A stretch of DNA of 64,000 nucleotides from an uncultured bacterium (GCA_964564735.1 CAZMCH010000003.1:32006-96005); one strand, 5' to 3'. Shown: positions 47,292 to 56,669, numbered from the stretch's first letter. A program made the numbers and translations. Notes: generated from the sequence alone by a model not told the origin.

Positions 47292-47687
47292 TTGAATTTG
47301 GAAAGACAAAAAACCGTAGCAATTATAGGAGCATCCAGCGATCCACAAAAATATGGAAATAAAGCTATAAAGGCTTATTCTATAATCGGCTATAAGGTAT
47401 ATCCGATTAATCCTAACGAAGATGAGATAGAAGGAATAAAAGCCTATAAATCTATACTTGATATTCCTGACGAGATAGACCGAGTGACGATGTATGTTCC
47501 ACCAAAAGTCGGTTTGAAAATATTAGAAGATATAAAAAAGAAAGGCGTTAAGGAATTATACTTTAACCCCGGTTCTGAAAATGATGAAATTGTTGAAAAG
47601 GCAAAGGAACTTGGGCTTAATCCAATATTGGCATGTAGTATTTTGGCTGTCGGATTAAATCCTAAAGAAGATTTGCGATTGAAATAA
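47292..47687 (+). CDS. CoA-binding domain protein (YccU-like)
   Basis: 131 aa. KTVAIIGASSDPQKYGNKA...GYKVYPINP is typical of the CoA_binding_2 family. TTG start. Confidence 0.7.
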   Translation: MNLERQKTVAIIGASSDPQKYGNKAIKAYSIIGYKVYPINPNEDEIEGIKAYKSILDIPDEIDRVTMYVPPKVGLKILEDIKKKGVKELYFNPGSENDEIVEKAKELGLNPILACSILAVGLNPKEDLRLK

Positions 47688-47707
47688 TATAAGGATAGTG
47701 ATGATTT

Positions 47708-47965
47708 ATGAAAAAATGGGAATATGATATATCTTTTCATCCGATAAATAATTTTGACATTACTGAAGAGGAGACGAACTATTCATCTAATCAGACTATT
47801 GCATGTGATACAGAAGGACATTGTTTTTATAGTGATGTTATGAGACTTTATACTGACAAATACAGGGAATTACTCAACGAAAAAGGCTCTACTGGTTGGG
47901 AGTTAGTTCAACTTGGTTATCATAAGGGATCGTTGGTTTGTATATGGAAACGTGAAATTGACTAA
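47708..47965 (+). CDS. Small hypothetical protein (DUF4177-like)
   Basis: 85 aa. MKKWEY start and GWELVQ near the C-terminus resemble DUF4177. Confidence 0.35.
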   Translation: MKKWEYDISFHPINNFDITEEETNYSSNQTIACDTEGHCFYSDVMRLYTDKYRELLNEKGSTGWELVQLGYHKGSLVCIWKREID

Positions 47966-47983
47966 TATGGAGGCTTTATATAA

Positions 47984-49084
47984 ATGACTCACAGAGAGAG
48001 ATTACTTCGCACATTGCGTTTTGAATCAGTTGACCGTGTGCCTGATTATGAGTTTGGCGCATGGGAACAGACAGTAACTAGATGGCATCAGGAGGGTTTG
48101 CCTGCTGAACATAAAGGCGTATGGGGCGCAATTAATAGCTATTTCCATACTGACGATACTGAATATGGCGGAGGTCCATGGATAAACAATGGATTGATCC
48201 CCGGGTTTGAATATAAGGTTCTTGAAGAAAAGGGTGACCATATAGTTATTCAAGACGGTGATGGCGCAATTGCTGAGATGATCCGCCCTGAACTTGGCGC
48301 ATCAATTCCACGCTATATTAGACATGCCATTGAGACTCGTGCCGATTGGGAAAAGGTTCGTGACGAAAAACTCAATCCTGATACGCCAGGGCGTGTTCCA
48401 GTAAACATTGATGATCTGTGCAAACTAACCATTGACGCGACATACCCAATAGGCATAGGTTGTGGCTCTATATATGGTTGGCTTAGAAACTGGATGGGTG
48501 TTGAGAATATTTCTATTGCCCTGTATGATGATCCAGATTGGGTTGAGGAAATGATGGAGCATCTCACAAGCCTGACACTCAAATTATTGGAAAGTATAGC
48601 TGGCAAGTGCAAGATCGATCTTGGGCATTGGTGGGAAGATATGTGCTATAATCAAGGACCTTTAATTTCACCAAAGCTATTTGCAAAGCTCATGGTTCCA
48701 AGATATAAGCGCATTACAGATTTTTTGAGGAATGAATGTGGATGCGAATTTAACATGCTGGATTGTGATGGTAATATACATGAATTAGTTCCTTTGTGGG
48801 TTGAAGGTGGAATTAACGTTATGTTTCCTGTTGAGTCTGCGCATACTGACGCATATAAAATCTCAGATGAATTTGGCAAAAGGGTTCCCATTCGTGGATA
48901 TTTTGATAAGCGTGCGCTAATTTCAGGTAAAGAAGCTATTGATAAGGAATTTGAAAGACTTACTCCATTATTGAAGCGTGGCGGATTTATACCACATACC
49001 GATCACCTTGTCCCGCCTGATGTTTCTTGGGAAAATTATCAATATTATCGCCAGAAAAAATGCGAGTTTATCGGCAAAAAATAA
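47984..49084 (+). CDS. Uroporphyrinogen decarboxylase (URO-D/MtaA-like) family protein, paralog 2
   Basis: 366 aa. THRERLLRTLRFESVDRVP ... LDCDGNIHELVPLWVEGGINVMFPVE ... GGFIPHTDHLVPPDVSWENY. Confidence 0.7.
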   Translation: MTHRERLLRTLRFESVDRVPDYEFGAWEQTVTRWHQEGLPAEHKGVWGAINSYFHTDDTEYGGGPWINNGLIPGFEYKVLEEKGDHIVIQDGDGAIAEMIRPELGASIPRYIRHAIETRADWEKVRDEKLNPDTPGRVPVNIDDLCKLTIDATYPIGIGCGSIYGWLRNWMGVENISIALYDDPDWVEEMMEHLTSLTLKLLESIAGKCKIDLGHWWEDMCYNQGPLISPKLFAKLMVPRYKRITDFLRNECGCEFNMLDCDGNIHELVPLWVEGGINVMFPVESAHTDAYKISDEFGKRVPIRGYFDKRALISGKEAIDKEFERLTPLLKRGGFIPHTDHLVPPDVSWENYQYYRQKKCEFIGKK

Positions 49085-49199
49085 AGAAACATATTGTCAT
49101 ATAAGCAAAGCGATAATTTTATTGATATTTTAAGAAGATTTTCGCTTTGCCTAAAATGACATTAAATAGATTATAGGAGTAAAAAAGGTAGATTAATAT

Positions 49200-51263
49200 A
49201 TGACGCAATCACAAAATAAAATAATCTTAATTTTCACTTTAACGTTATTATTTCTAATAACAACCATTACATTTGCAGATGAAGTATTAGTAAAGATAAA
49301 TATTGAAAATTATAATAAGATTAATAGCTCGATTTTAGATAAATGCAATTTCAGATTTCAAGGTAAATCGTTTATTCTAGTTCAAGGAGAAAGAGACCTA
49401 TTTATTGATGATATTTTTAGTATAATAGACACCATTCAACCTAACCAATTATATTATATGATTGGTCAGAAACAAAGGCGAGCAGAACTTGAGCAGATAG
49501 GAGAAGTAATATTAGAAACACCAAATTCCTTGCTTATTCGCATAGAACCAAATAAACAGCCTATATTAATTACTCTTGGACTGTCATTATCGCCTTTGCC
49601 TGAAAATATTAAGTTGGACTTGAAAAAAAGATTAGCACCTTCTATTGATTCAGATTCAGCGCTTGACAGTGCAGTTATAAGAGAAGTTTCTAATGCTGTA
49701 AATAAAGATAGATTGAAAAAATTTGTATCTGATCTTCAGGAAAACAACGGATATAAAAGCAGATATTGCCTTCGTGTCAGAGAAACAGACGATCCTTCAG
49801 ATGAGGCATGTGATAACGCAGCAGATTATATATATAAAAAATTTGAAAGCTATGGATTGAAAGCTGAATATGATAGTTTTGATCACGAAGTATTAACTCA
49901 GGGCAAATATAAGATGAGAAACGTGATCGCAACTTTACCGGGAAAGGGTGCAGATTCACATAAAGTCTTTGTTATTTCTAGTCATTATGACAGTGTTGCA
50001 TCAAAATCAACAAACTGGCAATTAAATTGGAAAACGATGCCAGCTCCTGGTGCAGATGATAATGCGACTGCAACAGCTGCGGTTTTGGAAGCGGCGCGCA
50101 TACTTAGTCAATATGACTTTAATTCAACGATTAAATTTGTTGCCTTCTCAGGCGAAGAATTAGGACTGCATGGTAGCAAGCACTATGCAAGTATGCTTTT
50201 TAACAACAACGAAGAAATCGCAGGTGTCCTTAATCTTGATATGATTGGCTATGATCCTGATATTCCTGATATTGATGTAATAACAAATCTAGGTTCAGAA
50301 TGGCTGGCTGAAGCAATGATTTCAATACAAAAAAAGTATAATCTAGGTTCATTAATATTAAAGAAAATAGTAAATCCAGATATGGTTTATAGTGATCATG
50401 CTCCTTTTTGGTGGAATGGCTATAGCGCAATATTAAGCATAGATAATTCTAATTTTGACTCGCCTGAATTTAACCCGTTTATGCACTCCGAAAAAGATAC
50501 AATAGATACACTAAACTTTGATATGATGACAAATATGGTTCAAATAGCAATAGCCACATTAGCAAGCCTTGCTGATCCTGTTGACGAAATTCCACATCCA
50601 GACCTTGCGATATATGAAAGTGGTATACATTTATCCAATGAAAGACCAGCGATTAATCAGACAATTGAATTGAAAGCCTATATAGAAAATATTGGTAATG
50701 CTGATGCAAAAGATGTTAGCGTTGAGGTTTGGGTAAAAGAACCAATTGCAAGAGAACTACGCTTAATAGATAAGCAAAAAATTGATGTGATTGCCCAAAA
50801 GCAAGTAAAAATTACTACAAATTTATCACTCAAAGAATGGGGAGAATCTCAGATAATTGTTAAGGTTAACCCTGATTATAGCGTATTTGAGACAGATGGC
50901 AGAAATAACATAGCAATTAGATCAATAAAGATTGGCTCGAATCTGCTTTCTATTGGCAAGTTATTGATATATCCAAATCCGACTAAACCAGATAAGGAAA
51001 ATGGCTTTAATTTTGAGTATACACTTAGTAGGGATTCGTCTGTTAGGCTTGAAATTCATAATCTAATTGGTGAACTTATTTATAGCAAAGAATATGCAAA
51101 AGGTCTAAATGGCGGGAAATTTGGCATAAATAAAGGGATAAAGTGGAACGGTGAAAACATATCAGGAGCAAAAGTTGCGCCCGGCTTGTATGTCTGTAAT
51201 CTTATTGCAACAGAAGCTGGGACAACAGAGGTTGCATCAGGAAAGATTTTTCTCTTGAGGTAA
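49200..51263 (+). CDS. Secreted M28 family aminopeptidase with CARDB-like domain and FlgD-Ig/T9SS-like C-terminal domain
   Basis: Signal peptide. M28 zinc ligand regions SSHYDSV, GADDNATATAAVLE, FSGEELGLHGS, LNLDMIG, SDHAPF. CARDB-like ELKAYIENIGNADAKDVSVEVWV. C-terminal LLIYPNPT...GLYVCNL...GKIFLLR. Confidence 0.75.
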   Translation: MTQSQNKIILIFTLTLLFLITTITFADEVLVKINIENYNKINSSILDKCNFRFQGKSFILVQGERDLFIDDIFSIIDTIQPNQLYYMIGQKQRRAELEQIGEVILETPNSLLIRIEPNKQPILITLGLSLSPLPENIKLDLKKRLAPSIDSDSALDSAVIREVSNAVNKDRLKKFVSDLQENNGYKSRYCLRVRETDDPSDEACDNAADYIYKKFESYGLKAEYDSFDHEVLTQGKYKMRNVIATLPGKGADSHKVFVISSHYDSVASKSTNWQLNWKTMPAPGADDNATATAAVLEAARILSQYDFNSTIKFVAFSGEELGLHGSKHYASMLFNNNEEIAGVLNLDMIGYDPDIPDIDVITNLGSEWLAEAMISIQKKYNLGSLILKKIVNPDMVYSDHAPFWWNGYSAILSIDNSNFDSPEFNPFMHSEKDTIDTLNFDMMTNMVQIAIATLASLADPVDEIPHPDLAIYESGIHLSNERPAINQTIELKAYIENIGNADAKDVSVEVWVKEPIARELRLIDKQKIDVIAQKQVKITTNLSLKEWGESQIIVKVNPDYSVFETDGRNNIAIRSIKIGSNLLSIGKLLIYPNPTKPDKENGFNFEYTLSRDSSVRLEIHNLIGELIYSKEYAKGLNGGKFGINKGIKWNGENISGAKVAPGLYVCNLIATEAGTTEVASGKIFLLR

Positions 51264-51311
51264 AAAAACGAAAAAAATGGAAAATAAACTGAATGTGAGG
51301 TAAAAACAGAA

Positions 51312-52490
51312 ATGCGAGCCATATTTATAAAAGATATGACATATAGAAAAGCAAGAGTTTTACTTACTGCAATAAGTGTTGCATGTCTGGTTTTATTAAT
51401 TCTGCTTATGGGTGGAATGATGAAAGGTCTGAGACTGCAAGCAAGGGATTATGTAAAATCCATCGATAAGCAGGCAGGATCAGGCGTTGTATGGCTTTCA
51501 ACAGAAAGATCAGGTAGTACATTTGCGGGTTTTTCATTGCTCAATAGCGAGTATCTTGAAGTGCTTCGAACAGCAAAGGGCATTGATGAAAAGCAAGCAT
51601 TATCTCCTCTTGTATTCGCACAAGCACGCCCAGTAATAAAAGGAAAAGAAAAAAAGGCTATCGTTGTCGGCTATAAACCAGGGCTATTGGGAGGTCCTTC
51701 TGAAAGTGATCTAACAGACCCAAAATCAGCATTTTATCCTGTTATAGGGCGATTATTTCAGGGGAGTGAGTATGGAGGACCTGAATATAAACCGCCTGCG
51801 GAAGTAATTGTTGATGAAAAACTAGGGCTTGAAATAGGTGAAAACGTTGAGCTTTCAGGTAAGCCATTAAAAGTTGTTGGCAAAATAAAAGGTCATCAAT
51901 TTGTATTTGATACTCCATTAATGTTTATGGATTTAAGAACTGCACAAAATACCATATTGAGCAATATACTTTATGTTAATACGATGCTTGTTAAGGCAGA
52001 AAAAGGATATAATGAAGCGATATTAGCTGATGATATAAAAAAGCTAAGCCCGATAAGTGTTGACGCCCATACAGGCAATCAGATCGTCAAAATTATTCTT
52101 GCAAACTATGTTGATGAGCCAATGAAGGGTGTGCAGGCATTAAGGGCTTTGTTGTGGATTGCAACAGGTCTTATTGTTGCAATGATAACTTATGTTACAA
52201 CCCTTGAGAAAAGCCGAGAAATAGGCGTTCTGAAAGCGATTGGAGCATCAAACAGGTATGTTATTATGTTAATTTTGAAGCAAGTATTTATTACAACACT
52301 TGCAGGCTCAATATTGGGTGTGATCCTTGCTATTGTAATGGCAAAATTTTTCCCGATTATGGTTTTAATTAGCTTTAGTGAATCACTGCTTGTAGCGATT
52401 GTTACTGTTTTTGTTTGCACTTATGGCGGATATGTGGCGGGTAAAAGGGCTTCCTCAGTTGATCCAATGATAGCATTTAGAGGTCGTTAA
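51312..52490 (+). CDS. ABC transporter permease, FtsX/MacB type
   Basis: 392 aa. One N-terminal TM, a periplasmic domain of about 230 aa, three C-terminal TMs with LEKSREIGVLKAIGAS (FtsX motif). Confidence 0.8.
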   Translation: MRAIFIKDMTYRKARVLLTAISVACLVLLILLMGGMMKGLRLQARDYVKSIDKQAGSGVVWLSTERSGSTFAGFSLLNSEYLEVLRTAKGIDEKQALSPLVFAQARPVIKGKEKKAIVVGYKPGLLGGPSESDLTDPKSAFYPVIGRLFQGSEYGGPEYKPPAEVIVDEKLGLEIGENVELSGKPLKVVGKIKGHQFVFDTPLMFMDLRTAQNTILSNILYVNTMLVKAEKGYNEAILADDIKKLSPISVDAHTGNQIVKIILANYVDEPMKGVQALRALLWIATGLIVAMITYVTTLEKSREIGVLKAIGASNRYVIMLILKQVFITTLAGSILGVILAIVMAKFFPIMVLISFSESLLVAIVTVFVCTYGGYVAGKRASSVDPMIAFRGR

Positions 52491-52491
52491 T

Positions 52492-53169
52492 ATGAATACT
52501 CTTATTGAAGGTATCAATTTAGTAAAGAAATATGATGAAGATTCAGAAACCATCATTGCTGTAAATGATGTAAGTATATCAATCTCTTCTGGTGAATTGC
52601 TCGTTATTATGGGCGAGAGTGGATCAGGCAAAACAACACTTACAAGCCTTTTGGGTTGTATATTAAAACCATCATCAGGTCGTCTGATAATAGAAGGCAA
52701 TGATATTGATTATATGTCTCAAGACTTGTCGCAGATACGCAGAGAAAAAATAGGCTTTGTATTTCAGCTTTTTAACCTTATACCATATTTAACAGCATTG
52801 GAAAATGTAATGGTGCCAATGGATATATCAGGAATAAAAGGTCAAGAAGCAGAAAATATGGCAAAGGAACTTTTGGGATTGGTAGGGCTTTCGGATAGAC
52901 TTAATCATAGACCGTCACAGCTTTCAGGCGGAGAGCAACAAAGGGTTTCTTTTGCTAGATCGCTTGCCAATAATCCTTTAATAGTCTTTGCTGATGAACC
53001 GACAGCAAATCTTGACAGTAGGAATAGTGCAAGTATTATGGATTTGATAGAAAAACTATGCAGAGAGAGAAATACAGCTTTTGCAGTTGTTACGCATGAT
53101 GCGAATTTACGCCAAAAGGCTGATAGAATTATTGAGATGAAAGACGGTAAGGTAATTGATATTGAATGA
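52492..53169 (+). CDS. ABC transporter ATP-binding protein (MacB/LolD type)
   Basis: 225 aa. Walker A GESGSGKTT. Signature LSGGEQQRVSFAR. Walker B VFADEPT. Confidence 0.9.
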   Translation: MNTLIEGINLVKKYDEDSETIIAVNDVSISISSGELLVIMGESGSGKTTLTSLLGCILKPSSGRLIIEGNDIDYMSQDLSQIRREKIGFVFQLFNLIPYLTALENVMVPMDISGIKGQEAENMAKELLGLVGLSDRLNHRPSQLSGGEQQRVSFARSLANNPLIVFADEPTANLDSRNSASIMDLIEKLCRERNTAFAVVTHDANLRQKADRIIEMKDGKVIDIE

Positions 53170-53180
53170 AAATAACTTAG

Positions 53181-53810
53181 GTGGTATTAAAATTGAAATA
53201 CATTATACATTTAATTTCTATTGCATTTTTTATTATGTTTGTTTCAGGTTGCGGGTCATTAAAGGAATATTGGAGTGAAAATTATGCCCTTGATAGAATG
53301 GGGGGAAAGGCTTCACTACCAGAGATCAATGATGGCAAGATTGAGACATTTGGCGTTACACACTATCCAGATCGAGAATATGAGATTATCTTACCAGAGC
53401 AAAGAGAGATAAACCGCATAATTATATACGGCGTGAACTTAAAATCCTATGATATACTTTGCCTTAATAACGAAACGAAAAAATGGGTTTCAGTGGCTAG
53501 TCTTGGAGGAAGGGCTGGCAAGAAAAATGTCTATTATGACCAATACAAAACTTTGGTTCCAAAATTTGAACATCGTCTAAAATATAAAACTGACAGGATT
53601 AAGCTGGTTATAATAAGAACCACAAGCGATGCTGTTGTTACCACTCGTTCACCTGCGAAAAATGAGAAAATATTAAATCAGCGCATTGAATATATCCAAT
53701 TGGGACGTGAACGCAGGAAAATTGAGCTATATGACGTATTTAGGTTTACAGATGCAGGAGTTAGAGAGATAGAGGTATATAGTAGTGTTCCAAAACCGGA
53801 GACGAAATGA
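53181..53810 (+). CDS. Lipoprotein, function unknown (possible galactose-binding-like beta-sandwich)
   Basis: 209 aa. Lipobox FVSGC at the end of the signal peptide. No catalytic motif. Confidence 0.4.
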   Translation: MVLKLKYIIHLISIAFFIMFVSGCGSLKEYWSENYALDRMGGKASLPEINDGKIETFGVTHYPDREYEIILPEQREINRIIIYGVNLKSYDILCLNNETKKWVSVASLGGRAGKKNVYYDQYKTLVPKFEHRLKYKTDRIKLVIIRTTSDAVVTTRSPAKNEKILNQRIEYIQLGRERRKIELYDVFRFTDAGVREIEVYSSVPKPETK

Positions 53811-54966
53811 GGGAAATTTGGTGCAGAAAATATCACAAGGAACTAGAATAGCCCTTATATTCTCCATTTCTTTGCATATAATCCTATTTATTGTAATGAA
53901 AAGCACTTCCATTTATAGTGGAATATCAAATATAAAAAAATGGATTCCAATTGAGATAATGAATGTTCCGCCAGATTCTAGTATTCTTCCACAGATGTTT
54001 AGTAAAAATATTGAGGTTATAGAAAGGAAATGGACTCCTGTTGAGCGAGAAACAAGGGCAAATAAAGAGATTTCACCAAGGGAACTCTCACCAAGAGAGA
54101 TAATTCAACGACAGACAGTAGTAACAATAGATAACAGGACACGTCTTGATGTTCCAACCATCAATCCCAATATTACTTCAGATGTTACTATACCATCAAG
54201 TAATACTGCTTTCCAATCTGCGACAGGACCTGATACAGGATTATATTCACAGGGCAGGGAAATTGGCAAAGGTTCTGGATTAAGTGTGGCAAACACAAGA
54301 AGGGGAATAACTGATTCTGCCAAAATAATACCCACGCCACAGCATAAAATACCATTAACAAGAAGTCCAATCAGCGAAAAACTAGAAGTATATAAGGAAA
54401 AAGAAATGCCATTTGTTCAGGGCTTTAGGGCATTTGGCAATCGCATGGCGGAAAATAAGACATCTAAAAAGATTGACATAACTTTCATACTTGATATAAG
54501 CGAAAGTATGCAAGATAATATTGCTTCTGTAAAGCGTCACATGTATAAATTAATTGATAATGTAAAGGAAGCGAATCTCGACTATACACTTGGCTTGGTT
54601 ACATTTCATCATAATAAGCTTTTTGAATGGCTTGGAACTGAAGTGGAAATAACACCTCAAACGCATGATATTGAAGAAATAAGGATCGTATTGGATAATA
54701 TAAAGGTCAGCGGAGGCGAAAGGCAATTAGACGCACTGATGAAATCGTTTGCCAAAGTAAAGTTTCGTTCAGGTGCAAGCAGGCATTTTATATTCATAAC
54801 CGATGAGTATGTAAAAGGGACATATAGCATTTCCGATGTTCTAAGAGAAGCGAAAAGGTCAAAAGTTATCGTCGATGTGCTTGGTAGAGATGAGCCTTTT
54901 CAACGCTCAATCGCTGAACAAACAGGCGGGATATGGATGCCAATAGAAGTGGCTGATATGAATTGA
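53785..54966 (+). CDS. Membrane-anchored von Willebrand factor A (vWA) domain protein
   Basis: 393 aa. N-terminal TM (IALIFSISLHIILFIVM), a low-complexity linker, and vWA with MIDAS-like DITFILDISESM. Confidence 0.65.
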   Translation: MFQNRRRNEGNLVQKISQGTRIALIFSISLHIILFIVMKSTSIYSGISNIKKWIPIEIMNVPPDSSILPQMFSKNIEVIERKWTPVERETRANKEISPRELSPREIIQRQTVVTIDNRTRLDVPTINPNITSDVTIPSSNTAFQSATGPDTGLYSQGREIGKGSGLSVANTRRGITDSAKIIPTPQHKIPLTRSPISEKLEVYKEKEMPFVQGFRAFGNRMAENKTSKKIDITFILDISESMQDNIASVKRHMYKLIDNVKEANLDYTLGLVTFHHNKLFEWLGTEVEITPQTHDIEEIRIVLDNIKVSGGERQLDALMKSFAKVKFRSGASRHFIFITDEYVKGTYSISDVLREAKRSKVIVDVLGRDEPFQRSIAEQTGGIWMPIEVADMN

Positions 54967-55000
54967 TATTAGAGATTTCAAAAGATAGTGGAAGGAATAT

Positions 55001-55261
55001 GTGAAAGATATGCAAAGTATGGAAGTTAAAGTCAAAAAATCAGGTGATAGCCTAATGCTTCGGATACCCAAATTGCTTGCTAATGAGTTGGGTCTGCTGG
55101 ATGATTCGCAAGTTGAACTATCTATAATTGACAAGAAACTTGTAATAAAACCTGTTCCAGAACATGAATTGAGTCTTGAAAGCTTAATGGCACAAGTAAC
55201 AAAAGATAATTTGCATGGTGAATTTGATACAGGTTTCGCGATAGGAAAAGAGATTTGGTAA
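55001..55261 (+). CDS. mazE: MazE/AbrB/SpoVT-type antitoxin
   Basis: 86 aa. VKKSGDSLMLRIPKLLANELGLLDDSQVELSIIDKKLVIKPV is a swapped-hairpin AbrB-like fold signature. Confidence 0.7.
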   Translation: MKDMQSMEVKVKKSGDSLMLRIPKLLANELGLLDDSQVELSIIDKKLVIKPVPEHELSLESLMAQVTKDNLHGEFDTGFAIGKEIW

Positions 55262-55504
55262 ATTCAAGGAAATATATCCCACAACGTGGCAATATTGTTT
55301 GGATTACTCTGGATCCACAAGCCGGGCATGAGCAAGCGGGAAAAAGACCTGCTGTTGTCCTTTCCCCCAAAATATATAATGAAAAAGTTGGGCTTGCTAT
55401 TTTATGCCCAATAACAAGCCAAATCAAAGGGTATCCATTTGAAGTTTCCTATTCCGCCTGAAAATGAAATCGCAAGAGAAGCAAAAAGATGGTGGAAAGA
55501 ATAA
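55255..55504 (+). pseudogene. mazF: MazF/PemK-family toxin with internal deletion and frameshift
   Basis: The first 64 residues parallel E. coli MazF up to KGYPFEV, then a stop. A +1 frame tail (KFPIPPENEIAREAKRWWKE*) resembles the MazF C-terminal helix. About 30 residues covering the GV.L.DQ.(K/R)S.DW region are missing. Confidence 0.6.
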
Positions 55505-55522
55505 ATCTAGGAGGCAAATATT

Positions 55523-55732
55523 TTGTCAGAGGAGATTATATTTATTGTAGAAGAATCCGAAGATGGTGGATATGAAGCCAAAGCACTCGGTTTTTCTATA
55601 TATACAGAAGCAGAAAGCCTTGATGAGTTAAAAGACGCTGTTCGTGATGCTGTGCAATGTCATTTTGAAGAATCTGAATTGCCCAAGATTATACGTCTGC
55701 ATGTTGTAAGAGACGAGGTTTTCGCTCTATGA
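55523..55732 (+). CDS. hicB: HicB-like antitoxin (UPF0150 N-terminal domain only)
   Basis: 69 aa. IFIVEESEDGGYEAKALGFSIYTEAESLDELKDAVRDAV matches the HicB N-domain. No DNA-binding domain. Overlaps the next gene by 4 nt. Confidence 0.6.
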   Translation: MSEEIIFIVEESEDGGYEAKALGFSIYTEAESLDELKDAVRDAVQCHFEESELPKIIRLHVVRDEVFAL

Positions 55733-55974
55733 AAACGCCAAGAGGTATTGACGGAGAGGACTTTGCTAGGTCGCTCAGAATTCTTGGTTATCAGATCACA
55801 AGGCAAAGTGGCAGTCATATTAGGCTGACTCTTTCTGGTGAGAACGAGCATCATATCACTATACCCAATCATTATCCCATAAAAATTGGGACATTAAACA
55901 ATATTTTGAGAGACATTTCGGAACACCATAGAATTAGCAAAGAAGAGCTTATGGAAAAACTATGGAATGATTAG
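55729..55974 (+). CDS. hicA: HicA-family mRNA interferase toxin
   Basis: 81 aa. LRILGYQITRQSGSHIRL...HHITIPNH...IKIGTLNNILRDI carries the GSH catalytic motif of HicA. Confidence 0.7.
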   Translation: MKTPRGIDGEDFARSLRILGYQITRQSGSHIRLTLSGENEHHITIPNHYPIKIGTLNNILRDISEHHRISKEELMEKLWND

Positions 55975-56021
55975 ATTTGTTGCTTTTTTCTGTCTATTGA
56001 AAATGAAGTAGAGGGGGAACT

Positions 56022-56669
56022 ATGAATAATATAAAGCCAAGTTTCATGGAAAAAGCATTCAGTTGTCCATATTGCGGAGTGTATGCTCAACAACATTGGG
56101 TAAGTTTTTGCACCAGGCCTCTTCCTGATGACAATTTGTTGGTTACATTAGTTCTAGGGGAAGTATATTTTGCGGTTTGCTCTCATTGTGAGGAATACTC
56201 AATATGGGAAGCAGATAGTATGATATATCCTTATCATGCAAAACCATCAATGATTAATCCAGATTTGCCTGAAAACATTAAATCTGACTATAAGGAAGCA
56301 GTCAGTATTGCCAATAGATCGCCTAGAGGTTCTGCTGCATTGCTAAGACTTGTAATCCAGAAGCTCTGCATTCATCTTGGTGAAAAGGGCGAGAAACTAA
56401 ATGATGACATTGGCAATCTAGTTAAAAGAGGGCTCCCAGAAAAAATTCAAAAATCATTGGATATTGTAAGAGTTATAGGTAATAATGCAGTTCACCCAGG
56501 CACCATAGATTTAAGAGATGATATTCAAACAGTGGAACAATTATTTGAACTAATCAATATAATTGCAGAATACACAATCACACAAAACAAACTTATTAAC
56601 AGTATTTATAAAAAATTGCCTGATAAAGATAAAAATGGAATAGATAAGAGAGACGGCAAACAACATTGA
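56022..56669 (+). CDS. Zinc-ribbon plus DUF4145 (HEPN-like) domain protein
   Basis: 215 aa. CPYC...CSHC N-terminal ribbon. DUF4145 signature IKSDYKEAVSIANRSPRGSAALLRLVIQKL ... LDIVRVIGNNAVHPG. Confidence 0.65.
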   Translation: MNNIKPSFMEKAFSCPYCGVYAQQHWVSFCTRPLPDDNLLVTLVLGEVYFAVCSHCEEYSIWEADSMIYPYHAKPSMINPDLPENIKSDYKEAVSIANRSPRGSAALLRLVIQKLCIHLGEKGEKLNDDIGNLVKRGLPEKIQKSLDIVRVIGNNAVHPGTIDLRDDIQTVEQLFELINIIAEYTITQNKLINSIYKKLPDKDKNGIDKRDGKQH

